From positions 960,001 to 1,024,000 of the forward strand of contig OZ257156.1 in NCBI GenBank assembly GCA_965279375.1: a stretch of DNA of 64,000 bases. Direction: 5' to 3'. This DNA comes from Gemmatimonas sp. GTDB taxonomy: Bacteria > Gemmatimonadota > Gemmatimonadetes > Gemmatimonadales > Gemmatimonadaceae. The notes below the pieces were generated by a model that worked only from the letters and a program-made list of their open reading frames with translations, had not been told where the DNA came from and did not search any database. Positions 29,161 to 40,419 of this stretch are shown one piece after another (position 1 is the first letter of the stretch; each line of letters begins with the position of its first letter). Made by a program: the position numbers and the translations under genes.

Positions 29161-29628
29161 GTGACGACTTCACGTTCCATCTCGCGCTGCCTCACTGTCG
29201 TTGCGGCCGCCTGTGCACTCTGGGTGGCCCTGCCGCTGGCCAATCAGCTGTCGGCACAGCCGGCCGCGAAGGCGGGGGCTAACAAGGGCGCTGCGGCGCC
29301 GTCGCTGGTGGGCACCTGGTCCGGCACGGCGACGGTGCCCCTCAAGGACAGTTCGATCGTGGTGCCGGTGACGTACAACTTCACGCAGACCGCAGGGACG
29401 GTGGGCGGGATGGCGATGGTGCCCGGTCAGGGCTCCGGCCCGATCTCCAACGTGGTGCGTGACGGCGCACGGGTGCAGTTCCGCGTGACCGCGCCCGAGG
29501 GGAAGCTGCTCGAGCACGACGGGAAGCTCGGTGCGGACGGCGCGATCGAGGGGTTGGTGAACCTCGACAAGCTGCCGGTGGCGAAGTTCAGGATTGTGGC
29601 GAAGGTGGGCGCGCCGCCGGGGAAGTAG
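29161..29628 (+). CDS. hypothetical secreted protein
   Basis: Signal peptide, LVGTWSG beta-barrel-like domain, strong GC3 bias. Confidence 0.72.
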   Translation: MTTSRSISRCLTVVAAACALWVALPLANQLSAQPAAKAGANKGAAAPSLVGTWSGTATVPLKDSSIVVPVTYNFTQTAGTVGGMAMVPGQGSGPISNVVRDGARVQFRVTAPEGKLLEHDGKLGADGAIEGLVNLDKLPVAKFRIVAKVGAPPGK

Positions 29629-29779
29629 CCGGCGGCAGGCGTAGGCGGCCGTCACGTGTTTCTAGCGAGCGCAGCTGCAGCCTGGGTGCGGCATTGACGC
29701 AACGTTACATTCGCGCAACTATTGCCGACGCCGTCGAACAGTGCGTCCGGCGAATCACCTTCCCTTGGAGATGACACAC

Positions 29780-30376
29780 ATGCGCAAAGTGCCCGTCCGT
29801 CGTGCAGTCCTCGCCGTGATCACGCTGTCCACCGTGGCAACCTCCGGTTGCTTTGGCAGCTTTCCGCTGACGCGGAAGATGTACAATTGGAACAAGGGCG
29901 TCTCGTCGGATAAGTGGGTCCGCGAGTTGGTGTTCGTCGCGACGGCGATGCTGGTGCCGGTGTACAGCGTTGCCGGGCTGATCGACGTGGTCATCCTGAA
30001 CTCGCAGGAGTTCTGGACGGGCAAGAGCAGCGTGGCGTCGGGACCGGAGACGAAGGTGAAGACGCTGACGCGCGGCAACACGACCATCACGCAGACGATG
30101 ACGCAGCTCGCCACGGGCCGCACGATGGTGCTCGAGGAGAAGGTGGACGGCCAGTTCAAGAGCCGCACCACGCTGCATCAGGCGAAGGGCGCGTCGGTGG
30201 TGACGTCGGAGACGGAATTCGCCGACGGCCGCAAGGAATCGAAGACGTTGACTGTGGATGAAGCGGGTGCGATGACGATCTCGAGCTCGAACGGCATGCG
30301 TCGCACGGTGACGGACGCGGAGCTCGCGGCGGCGACGTCGCATGTGAACGCGGGTGCGGTGGCAGCGGTGCGTTAA
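29780..30376 (+). CDS. DUF3332 family protein
   Basis: SGCFGSFPLTRKMYNWN...KWVRELVF...PVY...D..ILNSQEFWTG. Confidence 0.88.
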   Translation: MRKVPVRRAVLAVITLSTVATSGCFGSFPLTRKMYNWNKGVSSDKWVRELVFVATAMLVPVYSVAGLIDVVILNSQEFWTGKSSVASGPETKVKTLTRGNTTITQTMTQLATGRTMVLEEKVDGQFKSRTTLHQAKGASVVTSETEFADGRKESKTLTVDEAGAMTISSSNGMRRTVTDAELAAATSHVNAGAVAAVR

Positions 30377-30401
30377 ACGCTGACTGTCGTTCCTGACGAC
30401 G

Positions 30402-30442
30402 AAACCGCGCTGGCCTCGTTCCTCGAGGCCGGCGCGGTTTTT
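30402..30442. terminator. intrinsic terminator, probably bidirectional
   Basis: aaaccgcgctggcctcg-ttcct-cgaggccggcgcggttttt between convergent genes. Confidence 0.8.
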
Positions 30443-30485
30443 CGTTTGCCGGGTAGGAGACGCGCGCGACTGCGACGATCGTCGG

Positions 30486-31208
30486 TTAGGCGTCCGGCGA
30501 CCAGCCGTGACAGACACGCGCGAACATGACCAGCTCGGCGTTCCTGCCGTATCGCGGATCGAGGAAGGTGCCGAAGACCGTCGGTCGCTCTGCGGCATCG
30601 CCTTCGCCGCCGCCGAGCGTTCCGTCGAGCCTTTGCAAATCGTAGGCTGGTCCGTAGCGCAAGATGATGATGTACCAGTCACTGTCATCGGTGAGCGCGC
30701 CACGACTGCGGACCGTGGCGAGGGATTCGTCGATGGCGATTCTCAAGCCGGCTCCGGTTGAGGGGCCGGGGTGCCGTTCGGCGATTACTTCTCCACCTTG
30801 CTTGATCAGCCAGCGAAGCTCGGGGATGTCGAGCGGATGCAGCGCTCGCGATCCTGGCCCGCCGAAGAGTGGCCGCAACACGTCGGCCGCTTCTTCCGCG
30901 CGCACGTGCATGATGAGATCGACGGTCTCGGTAAACCACTCGCCGCACGCGCCGAGCGCGACGCCGACGGTCAGCGTGTCCGTGTCTTCCAGCGCTCGTG
31001 CGGCGTAGCAGGCCGCATCGATGGAGCGTGGGTTGTCCGGATCGCAGAGCACGAACGCGATCGCGTTGTTGGGGAGCGGCGGCTCGATGACGTCGTCGAG
31101 CGCGTCCACGACGGCATTGGCTGCGGCACCGAAGCCGAGTATGGTGAGGCCGCTCGGGAACCTGCTGTTGTCACTGGGGGGATGCACTCGAACTCTCCTC
31201 TTGCTCAC
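30486..31208 (-). CDS. divergent, shortened FtsZ/tubulin-like protein (paralog A)
   Basis: ILGFGAAANAV, LTVGV, VDLI, PLDIPELR and VFGTFLDP...ELVMFA follow the order of FtsZ elements; no GGGTGTG. Confidence 0.62.
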   Translation of the reverse strand: MSKRRVRVHPPSDNSRFPSGLTILGFGAAANAVVDALDDVIEPPLPNNAIAFVLCDPDNPRSIDAACYAARALEDTDTLTVGVALGACGEWFTETVDLIMHVRAEEAADVLRPLFGGPGSRALHPLDIPELRWLIKQGGEVIAERHPGPSTGAGLRIAIDESLATVRSRGALTDDSDWYIIILRYGPAYDLQRLDGTLGGGEGDAAERPTVFGTFLDPRYGRNAELVMFARVCHGWSPDA

Positions 31209-31912
31209 CTCGCGGCGGATACGCGCGCGATGGCGATGAGCTCCGCTGTATCGCCGTAGTGCGGATCGCGGAACGTACCGAAGAGCGCGGTCCGCGGCCT
31301 TTCTTCTATTGTGCCGGCCGTCGCGATCTCCGCGGACTGGCCGATCGCGAACTCGGGTCCGTAGCGGAGCACCAGCAGGAGCCAGTCGCTGTCGTCGGTC
31401 AACGCTCCACGTCCGCGCAACGCGTCGATCACGTCATCGACTGCCGAATGAAGGTCCGCCATCGCGGTGATACCGTTCCGACGGTGGGCGATCGCGTCGC
31501 CGCCTTCACTGAAGAGCCAGCGCACGTCCACCACATCGAACGGAAGGAGTGACTCGCCCGCTGTCGCGCCGACGAGAGGTCGGAGGACTGCCGCCGCGTC
31601 GTCAGCGGGTATCCGTACAAGCAGATCGACCGCGTCGCTGAAGTACGCGTCGCACGGGCCAAGGGCCACGCCAACCGTGAAGATCTCCTCGTCCCGCAGT
31701 GTGTTCGCCAGCCAGGTCGCGCTCGTCACGGACTGATGGGAATCGGGATCGCAGACGACGAATGCGAGCGAGCGTCGACGTGGCTCCGCTTCGGTAACGT
31801 CCTCGAGTGCGGCCTCGACCGCGATGCCAGCCGCGCCGCAGCCGCGCACGAGAATCTCTCGCGTCGGTTCGTCCGCGTTGTCGAGCGTGAAGCTGAAGAC
31901 CTCAGGAATCAT
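31205..31912 (-). CDS. divergent, shortened FtsZ/tubulin-like protein (paralog B)
   Basis: ILVRGCGAAG, IFTVGV, VDLLVRIP, LLPFDVVDVR..FSEGG and LFGTFRDP...ELIAIA; clear paralog of the neighbour. Confidence 0.65.
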   Translation of the reverse strand: MIPEVFSFTLDNADEPTREILVRGCGAAGIAVEAALEDVTEAEPRRRSLAFVVCDPDSHQSVTSATWLANTLRDEEIFTVGVALGPCDAYFSDAVDLLVRIPADDAAAVLRPLVGATAGESLLPFDVVDVRWLFSEGGDAIAHRRNGITAMADLHSAVDDVIDALRGRGALTDDSDWLLLVLRYGPEFAIGQSAEIATAGTIEERPRTALFGTFRDPHYGDTAELIAIARVSAAR

Positions 31913-32309
31913 CAGGCTTGAGCCGGTAGCCGTACCCCCAGCGGATCACTCCGTCCGGATCACCCTTCGGGCAGTCCTTTCGCACGACCCAGCGGTCCTT
32001 GCCGACGTCCGTGAATTCCAGCGAGCCGTCCCCGCGAAAGAGGAGCGCATCCTCCTCCGCCGTCGTGATCGGGAATACGGTCAGGTACTGGGGATCATCA
32101 CCGTCTTCCCAGTCGATTTCTTCGTAGAACGTCTTCAGGAATTTCTGCGAACAGGCGTCGCAGACGACGATGTTCTGGTGCAGATGGGCGCCGTCCAAGA
32201 CCTCGATGTCGCGCCGCAGCCCCCACGTCAGGTTCCACGCCGTCTGCGCGTCTGCGGACCAGCACTTTGCGCAGCCGAACTGGCTCACGTCATCCGCTCT
32301 CGCGCGCAT
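31902..32309 (-). CDS. hypothetical acidic protein with two CxxC motifs (putative Zn-binding)
   Basis: CAKC and CDAC, EEIDWEDGDDPQY; overlaps the next gene. Confidence 0.72.
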   Translation of the reverse strand: MRARADDVSQFGCAKCWSADAQTAWNLTWGLRRDIEVLDGAHLHQNIVVCDACSQKFLKTFYEEIDWEDGDDPQYLTVFPITTAEEDALLFRGDGSLEFTDVGKDRWVVRKDCPKGDPDGVIRWGYGYRLKPDDS

Positions 32310-32320
32310 CCTGCATCACC

Positions 32321-32827
32321 TCAGTGCGCGGAACTCGCGCTCGCCGGCTCCACTCGCAGCACCTGAAACGCCGCATTCGACACCAGGCAGTACGCCGCAA
32401 AACAGTAGAACCCCACCCCCGCCACCGCCGACAGATTGGCCGTCCCCTTGGCCGCCAGCAGCGCGATCAGCATCCCCACCGCAAACACGTCGGCCATCGA
32501 CCACTTGCTCAACGCCTGCACGATCCGAAACAGGCGATAGCGGCTCGCGGCGTCCTTCAGCGTGAAAATCGGGACGAGCAGCACGGCCTTGATCAGCGGA
32601 ATGCACACGCTGAACACCAGAATCAGCCCGGCCACGAAATCGTTACCTGACCCGTGCAGGCTCCTGATCGCGCCGATCACGCTCCGGGTCTCGTTGGACA
32701 GCTCGCGGGCCTGGCCGAACAGCTCCATGGTCGCCCGGATGGTCAGCACCGGCTCCACCAGCCCGGGCCAGAGGAGACCGAGGCTCACGAGCGAGAGGGC
32801 GACGGCAAGGCGGTTTCGCGTGGTCAT
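32321..32827 (-). CDS. PqiA-family (paraquat-inducible A-like) single-domain membrane protein
   Basis: FSV.IP..K and KWSMADVF motifs, GFYCFAAY. Confidence 0.82.
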   Translation of the reverse strand: MTTRNRLAVALSLVSLGLLWPGLVEPVLTIRATMELFGQARELSNETRSVIGAIRSLHGSGNDFVAGLILVFSVCIPLIKAVLLVPIFTLKDAASRYRLFRIVQALSKWSMADVFAVGMLIALLAAKGTANLSAVAGVGFYCFAAYCLVSNAAFQVLRVEPASASSAH

Positions 32828-32897
32828 GGGCGCGAAATTAGCCGAGTGGCGACAGCCGGGACAGCCACTGCCCCCCGCTGAAAACCGGATAAATTGA

Positions 32898-34244
<1,347 letters not shown>

Positions 34245-34250
34245 GATGGA

Positions 34251-35777
34251 TTGACAGCGATGCGTCTTCGATCGGTTGGCGCATCGCTGGTGGTGTCGCG
34301 GCTCTTCACGCTACTGGTGGCGCTGGTGCTGCTGGCATCGCTGCACCGCGATGCGATGGCACAGACGACTCCCGTTGATACGGCAATCGTTGCGCGAGTG
34401 ACTGGCAGCGCATTCGACAGCGTTGGCATGAAGGCGATGGAAGGCGCCGTGGTGCGACTGGTGCGCGCGAGTGATCCATCGATAGGTCGAACGGCCGTGA
34501 GCGATGCTCGCGGCCGTTTTTCGTACGACAGCGTTGGAGCCGGGCGCTGGCTGGCGTCGTTTCTGCACCCATTGCTCGATTCTCTGCGCATCGAACCGGC
34601 GCTCGTGCAGATCGATATCAGCGACACCGGGACGGTGAACGTTCCGTTGCACATCCCGTCGGCACGCACGCTCGTTGCGGCGTCGTGCGGACCGATCGCC
34701 GACGACCTGGGTGTGCTCGTGGGTGAAGTGCGTCACGCCAACGACAATCGCGCACTCACCAACGCGTCGGTGGAAGTGGAGTGGCCGGAGTGGTCGCTCA
34801 GGAAGAAGCGCATCACCACCGATGTCGTGCGACGTCGGGCGCGCACCGATTCCACAGGACGTTTCGTGTTGTGCGGCGCACCAACCGCCAGCACCGTTCG
34901 CAGTGTTGCGTGGAGCGCTGCCGATTCGAGCGGTTCGATTGAAATCGCCATTCCCACCAGCGGCTACGCACTGCAGGATTTCTTCGTGTCGCCGTTGGAG
35001 TACGTGGCGGCGGGCCGCGACACGCCTGACGACAGCACGATGCTCGCACCCACGCGTCGCGGTCGTGGCACGGTGCGCGGGCGACTCAGCACGCCCAACG
35101 GTACGCCGCTCGCGAATGCCGCCGTACGCGTCGTGGGCAGCGGCACGCCGGTGCGCAGTTCGGAGCGCGGCGAGTTCTTCATCACCGATGCGGCCACGGG
35201 CACGCAAACCGTGGAAGCGCGTGCGATCGGCTTCCAACCAGCGCGTCACACGGTCCGACTGAGTGAAGCGGTACCGACTGACGTCGCAATGCAGCTGGAA
35301 ATCCGACGCGTGCAACTGGACACAGTGCGCGTGGCGGCCGGTCGCGACATTCCGCCCGAGGTGCGCGGTATCGAACGACGGTGGCGCATGGGCGTAGGTC
35401 GCTTCATCGATGGCAACACGGTGCGCAACCGCTCGTCGTTCTACACGTCCGATGCGTTGCGCAGCATTCCCGGCGTCACCATCCGATCGAGTGGAGGGTG
35501 GGGGCAGGACATTTTCCTGCGCGACTCACAGGGCAAGATGTGTCGCGCCATCGTCTTCGTGGACGGCGCACCCATGGATGCCGCAGGCGCTGGCGGATTC
35601 ACGCTCGACGACTTCGCGCAGCCAGACGTCGTCTCCGCGGTCGAAGTCTATCCGCGCGTGAACATGGTCCCCGCCGAGTACATGACGATGCATCGCAACT
35701 GCGGGGTGGTCGCGGTGTGGACGATAGTTGGTACGGGCAAGGTACCGATCATCCCGCCCAAATCCGCGCGACCGTAA
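34251..35777 (+). CDS. secreted carboxypeptidase-regulatory-like domain protein with C-terminal TonB-plug-like domain
   Basis: Repeated beta-sandwich units (SDARGRF, TDSTGRF, SERGEF), LRSIPGV, VFVDG, VEVY...CGVVAVWT; no beta-barrel. Confidence 0.78.
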   Translation: MTAMRLRSVGASLVVSRLFTLLVALVLLASLHRDAMAQTTPVDTAIVARVTGSAFDSVGMKAMEGAVVRLVRASDPSIGRTAVSDARGRFSYDSVGAGRWLASFLHPLLDSLRIEPALVQIDISDTGTVNVPLHIPSARTLVAASCGPIADDLGVLVGEVRHANDNRALTNASVEVEWPEWSLRKKRITTDVVRRRARTDSTGRFVLCGAPTASTVRSVAWSAADSSGSIEIAIPTSGYALQDFFVSPLEYVAAGRDTPDDSTMLAPTRRGRGTVRGRLSTPNGTPLANAAVRVVGSGTPVRSSERGEFFITDAATGTQTVEARAIGFQPARHTVRLSEAVPTDVAMQLEIRRVQLDTVRVAAGRDIPPEVRGIERRWRMGVGRFIDGNTVRNRSSFYTSDALRSIPGVTIRSSGGWGQDIFLRDSQGKMCRAIVFVDGAPMDAAGAGGFTLDDFAQPDVVSAVEVYPRVNMVPAEYMTMHRNCGVVAVWTIVGTGKVPIIPPKSARP

Positions 35778-35815
35778 GACACGCACGCACGCTCACGACT
35801 TCACACCGAATCTCC

Positions 35816-36112
35816 ATGCTCATCGTTCAGGTGTTCGTGCACGTCAACGCCGAGCATGTCGAGGCGTTCAAGGCCGCCACGCTCGACAACGCCACGCACA
35901 GTGTGCAGGAGCCGGGCGTCGCGCGCTTTGACGTGCTGCAGCAACACGACGATCCCACGCGCTTCACGCTGATCGAGGCGTATCGCAACGCCGACGCACC
36001 CGCAGCGCACAAGGCCACCGCCCACTATGCACGGTGGCGTGACGCCGTCGAGCCAATGATGGCGTCGCCACGGACGAACGTGAAGTACGCAGACGTCCAT
36101 TATCCGGAGTAG
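35816..36112 (+). CDS. antibiotic biosynthesis monooxygenase / LsrG-like protein
   Basis: [31 protein letters not shown]. Confidence 0.88.
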   Translation: MLIVQVFVHVNAEHVEAFKAATLDNATHSVQEPGVARFDVLQQHDDPTRFTLIEAYRNADAPAAHKATAHYARWRDAVEPMMASPRTNVKYADVHYPE

Positions 36113-36122
36113 TCGCTCCGCA

Positions 36123-38789
36123 TCAACGCAGCGTGAAGACGTCGCGCAGCCGGATATCGCGCGACGACGCACCCAGCATGACGCGAAATCGACCCGGCTC
36201 CACGCGCCACTGCATGTCGCGATCGAGTAGCGCCAGCTCGCGGGCACCGAGTGTGAAGTTCACACGAGTGCTCGCACCGGGCTCGAGCGCCACACGCGCC
36301 ACGCCACGCAATGCAATCAGCGGCTGCGCCACGCTGGTGACTTCATCGCGAAGGTAGAGCTGCACGACTTCGCTGCCGGCTCGTGCCCCTGTGTTGCGGA
36401 TACGTGCCGTGATCTGCACACGCACGTCTGCACCGGCACGGTCGTCGGGGAGCGTGACCGTTAGCGAGTCCCACGCGAACGTCGTGTACGACAGACCGAA
36501 GCCAAACGGAAACAGTGGCTCGCCACTGCCATCGAGATAATCATCGCCGCGCCCTGTGGGCTTGTGGTCGTACGAGAGCGGGAGCTGTCCTTCGCGCTGC
36601 GCAAAGGTGATGGGCAATCGCCCTGACGGATTCGCATCACCGAAGAGCACATCGGCCACCGCGTGCCCCCCCTGCTCACCTGGATACCACGCCATCAGCA
36701 CGGCACCCACGTCATCGAGCCACGGCATCGTCACCGCACTGCCGCCCACAATCACCACCACGGTCGGAACACCCGTCGCGGCGACCGCGCGCACGAGATC
36801 GTTCTGACGCCCCGGCAACGACAACAACGAGCGATCGCGGAACTCCCCTTCCTCAACACCCACTACCACCACCGCCACCTCACTGGCGCGCGCCGCGGCT
36901 ACCGCCTCTGCGATCCGCGACTGCGCATCACGCTTCACGCCCGCATCCCACAACAACGAGAAGTGCGTATTACCGCGACGCTCGTGAAACTCCACCCGTA
37001 GCGCGTGTCTCCCTTCCGCGAGTGATACGGGTGCGACCCATCGTCCCGCACTGCGTGTCTCCCAGCGATCGAGCACCAGGCGGTTGTCGACCCAGATGCG
37101 CACGCCATCGTGCCCGTCGATTCCTAGCGCACGAACGCCGCCAGCCGGAATTTCGATGTTGCCCGTCCAGCGCGCTGCGTACCAATCGTACGGCAGCCCA
37201 CGCGCGGGCGACGACAGCGTCCACGTGAAAGCGATGTTTGGATCGATACGGCGAACGGCAGGCGCGCCGGTGAAGTCAGGATTGTCCCAGTATTCGGCAG
37301 AAAGCCCCGCCGTCGCGTTCGCGCTCGCAGCGGTAGTCGCGTGCGACAATGCTTCCGCTGGCACGGTTCGCATCGAGTCGGCATCTCGACCGGGGCCAGC
37401 CGCGTAGCGTACCGACACGCCGGCACGCGCCGAGATGGCTTTGCGAATCGACACGGGCGACAAACCAGTGCCGCTGTAACCGCCGAGGCGCACGGAATCG
37501 GCGTCCACACCAATCAGCGCAATGCGCTTCACCGTCGACGAGAGGGGGAGCGTGGACGCAGCGCCAGCGCGCTTGGGCGCATTGCGCAACAGCACGAGCG
37601 ATGCACGCGCCGCTTCGCGTGCGAGCGCGAGATGCTCCGCGCTGCCGTTGATCTTTGCCGCGCTCTCCGGCGAGAACGCCGGCTCGTCAAACAGCCCCAG
37701 CTCGAACTTGGCGCGCAGCACGCGCGTTGCGGCACGATCCAGCAGCGAATCGGGAATGAGTCCATCCACCACGGCACGTTCATACGGGCGGATGTCACGC
37801 AGGCCACCCTGAAACACCACATCCAGCCCCGATGACAGCGCGTGCGCGAACGCTTCGGCGGTGTTGCGCTCCGTACGATGTAGTACGGTCGACCCCGAGG
37901 TCGCCGACGCATCGGAGATGACGAAGCCACCAAAGCGCCAACGATCGCGCAACGTCGTCTGCAGCAGCATGCGACTCTGCGTCGCCGGATCGCCGTCCAC
38001 ACTGTTGTATGCCGTCATCACGCTGCGCGCGCCCGCGTCCTCGAACGCACTGCGAAAGGGCGGAAAGAATCGCTCTTCGAGGGCACGCGCGCTGATGTCG
38101 ATGGGCCAGCTGTCTCGCCCACCCTCTCCCACGTTGGCCACGAAGTGCTTTGGCGTCGCGACGAGTCCCGCACCCTCGAAGGCGCGCACATGTGCACGCC
38201 CCATCGCCGCGGACAGCCACGGGTCTTCGCCAAACGTCTCCTCCGTGCGGCCCCAGCGCACATCGTTGGCCAGGTTCACCACCGGCGACAGTGCCATCCG
38301 CAGCCCACGACTGCGCGCCTCGCGCGCGGCGGCTGCGTGTACGCGATGCACGAGCGCCGTATCGAACGTGGCCGCGAGCCCAATGGCCTGCGGAAAGACG
38401 GTCGCGCCGGCGTCCATCACGCCATGCAACGCCTCTTCAAAGAACAGTGGTGGGATACCGAGTCTGGATGCCGCCGTCATGCGCGCGCGCGTTGCCTGCA
38501 ACTGCTGCGCGTGCGCTCGCGCAGCCTGCGCACTCGGCACCCCTGCAGGCACGCGCAGCTGCAGTCCGAAAAGCCCTGTGGTCAGGTCGAGCGAATCGAG
38601 TTCGCCCGCAGATCCTGGCGCCATGAAGAGCTGCCGGAATTTCTCGACACGTGTCATGCGGCCCAGCAAATCGCGAACGCGTGCCTCGACGGGTTGCGCA
38701 GTATCGCGGTAGGGTGCCGACTGCACGTTGGCCATCGCGCCGGGCAATACACACGCACTCAGCAGCAGCACACAGCCGCGAGTGAACAT
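36123..38789 (-). CDS. GH3 beta-glucosidase/xylosidase with PA14 insert and Fn3-like domain
   Basis: RLGIP...EEALHG, RWGRTEETFGEDP, KHF, ISDA, PA14 (ARWTG), NPSGRLP, EVVQLY. Confidence 0.93.
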   Translation of the reverse strand: MFTRGCVLLLSACVLPGAMANVQSAPYRDTAQPVEARVRDLLGRMTRVEKFRQLFMAPGSAGELDSLDLTTGLFGLQLRVPAGVPSAQAARAHAQQLQATRARMTAASRLGIPPLFFEEALHGVMDAGATVFPQAIGLAATFDTALVHRVHAAAAREARSRGLRMALSPVVNLANDVRWGRTEETFGEDPWLSAAMGRAHVRAFEGAGLVATPKHFVANVGEGGRDSWPIDISARALEERFFPPFRSAFEDAGARSVMTAYNSVDGDPATQSRMLLQTTLRDRWRFGGFVISDASATSGSTVLHRTERNTAEAFAHALSSGLDVVFQGGLRDIRPYERAVVDGLIPDSLLDRAATRVLRAKFELGLFDEPAFSPESAAKINGSAEHLALAREAARASLVLLRNAPKRAGAASTLPLSSTVKRIALIGVDADSVRLGGYSGTGLSPVSIRKAISARAGVSVRYAAGPGRDADSMRTVPAEALSHATTAASANATAGLSAEYWDNPDFTGAPAVRRIDPNIAFTWTLSSPARGLPYDWYAARWTGNIEIPAGGVRALGIDGHDGVRIWVDNRLVLDRWETRSAGRWVAPVSLAEGRHALRVEFHERRGNTHFSLLWDAGVKRDAQSRIAEAVAAARASEVAVVVVGVEEGEFRDRSLLSLPGRQNDLVRAVAATGVPTVVVIVGGSAVTMPWLDDVGAVLMAWYPGEQGGHAVADVLFGDANPSGRLPITFAQREGQLPLSYDHKPTGRGDDYLDGSGEPLFPFGFGLSYTTFAWDSLTVTLPDDRAGADVRVQITARIRNTGARAGSEVVQLYLRDEVTSVAQPLIALRGVARVALEPGASTRVNFTLGARELALLDRDMQWRVEPGRFRVMLGASSRDIRLRDVFTLR

Positions 38790-38969
38790 GGCGACGCGCC
38801 CGGAGCGGCTCGTCGGTCGATAGGAATGGGTGTGGAGAAGCACGCGCCCAAGATCAGTGCTGGCCGCATCGGACGCCAGCGGTATACTGGAACGCGACGA
38901 GGCCTGTGCGACGTGACGGCCGAGTCTCCCCTGCAGGCCACGAATCGCACCCCTTCGGAGTCACACATC

Positions 38970-39413
38970 ATGCGCAACGATAGCGAACGGCTGACCAATA
39001 CCGGCTGGATACGCAGAAGGAGCTGGGTTTCGGTCGCGATGGGAATCGCGCTGCTCACATCGATCGGCGTATCGACCAGCCACTCACAGAGACCGAGTCA
39101 GCCGGTGAAGGCGCTCCGACACGTCGTGATGTTCAAGTTCAAGGAGTCCAGCTCCAAAGCCGACATCGGCAAAGTCGTGGACGCCTTTCGCGCGTTGCCG
39201 TCGAAGATCCCGCAGGTGGTCAGCTTCGAATACGGCGTCGACAACAGCCCCGAAGGACTCGGCAACGGATTCACGCACGTCTTCCTCGTCACCTTCAAGA
39301 GCGAAGCGGATCGCGCCATCTACCTGCCGCACCCGGCACATCTGGCGTTTGTCGAGGTGCTCAAGCCCCACTTGGACAAGGTGCAGGTGCTGGACTACTG
39401 GGCCACGCAATAA
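38970..39413 (+). CDS. Dabb (stress-responsive A/B barrel) family protein with signal-like N-terminus
   Basis: LRHVVMFKFK, GFTHVF, YLPHPAH, VLDY. Confidence 0.88.
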   Translation: MRNDSERLTNTGWIRRRSWVSVAMGIALLTSIGVSTSHSQRPSQPVKALRHVVMFKFKESSSKADIGKVVDAFRALPSKIPQVVSFEYGVDNSPEGLGNGFTHVFLVTFKSEADRAIYLPHPAHLAFVEVLKPHLDKVQVLDYWATQ

Positions 39414-39420
39414 GCCTTCG

Positions 39421-40389
39421 CTAGCGCCGGCGTCTTGATGCTGCAGCGCGATCGATCGGCAGCAGGCTGGCCGGATCGGTCGTGATGGTGCCGAATCGTG
39501 CGATGAAGTGCAGATGCGGCCCCGTGACACGCCCGGTCGCACCCACTCGCCCGATGAGCGCACCACGCGCGACGGTATCGCCCTCCTGCACGAGCTGCTT
39601 GCTCAGATGCAGATACGCCGTCACCACGCCGTCGCCGTGATCGAGATAGATCACGTTGCCGCCGAGGTAGAGCGCGCTGACCAGGCGCACGATGCCGCGA
39701 TTGGCGGCGTACACGGGAGCGCCGACCGTCCCGGCGAAGTCGGTACCCATATGCCGACTGGTGACGGAACCGTTGAACGTTCGACCGCCACCGAAGCCAC
39801 TCGTGATGCGCGATGCGCGCGGAACGACAAAAGGCGCTGTCCAGAGCTTTGGCGTGGCATGCGCCTCCCGGGACACGCGAGCGGCAGCCTCCGCCTCACG
39901 CGCCATGCGCGCTGCGGTTGCCGAGTCAGGCGGCGCAACGAAGCGCGGTGCGACGCGGAGCCGCTCGAGCCGATAGTCCCCCTGCACCGTTGGAATGCGA
40001 ACTGTATCCGTACGCGTGGCGCTGCATCGCACGATCAGGGCAACGCCTTGCGTCGAGTCGATGGGAACGGCGGCCATGGCACTCTGACGCGCACCGTCTG
40101 TGTGAAAGTGCAGCGGCTCGCCAGCCACTCGAGCATCACTCAGCTCCGACGCGAGCGACGTGCTCTGCAGCACGCGAAACAGCGTGCCCGCACGAGGAAC
40201 GGCCGGCGCCCAGCTCACCCCACAGGCCGGCGCCTCCTGCGCGCGCAGGAGACCGGCGGTCGACAGAGCGAGCAGCAACAGGTGTCTTGTCGGATCGTGA
40301 AGCAGCGTGATATTCCGGCTGGAATGGAACGAAGGGGAACGCGATCCTGTGAGGCGACGTCGGGAAGCGTTCGCGAATCTGCTCATCAC
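39421..40389 (-). CDS. M23 family metallopeptidase (true start probably later than 40389)
   Basis: HMGTD, YLHLS, TGRVTGPHLHF. Confidence 0.88.
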   Translation of the reverse strand: MMSRFANASRRRLTGSRSPSFHSSRNITLLHDPTRHLLLLALSTAGLLRAQEAPACGVSWAPAVPRAGTLFRVLQSTSLASELSDARVAGEPLHFHTDGARQSAMAAVPIDSTQGVALIVRCSATRTDTVRIPTVQGDYRLERLRVAPRFVAPPDSATAARMAREAEAAARVSREAHATPKLWTAPFVVPRASRITSGFGGGRTFNGSVTSRHMGTDFAGTVGAPVYAANRGIVRLVSALYLGGNVIYLDHGDGVVTAYLHLSKQLVQEGDTVARGALIGRVGATGRVTGPHLHFIARFGTITTDPASLLPIDRAAASRRRR

Positions 40390-40419
40390 CTATCTCTACC
40401 TACTCTCTGAGACGGCGTC

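Noticed and set aside
30486..31912. Calling these genes ftsZ
   Set aside because: No GGGTGTG motif, too short, no C-terminal peptide and no dcw context; reported only as FtsZ-like
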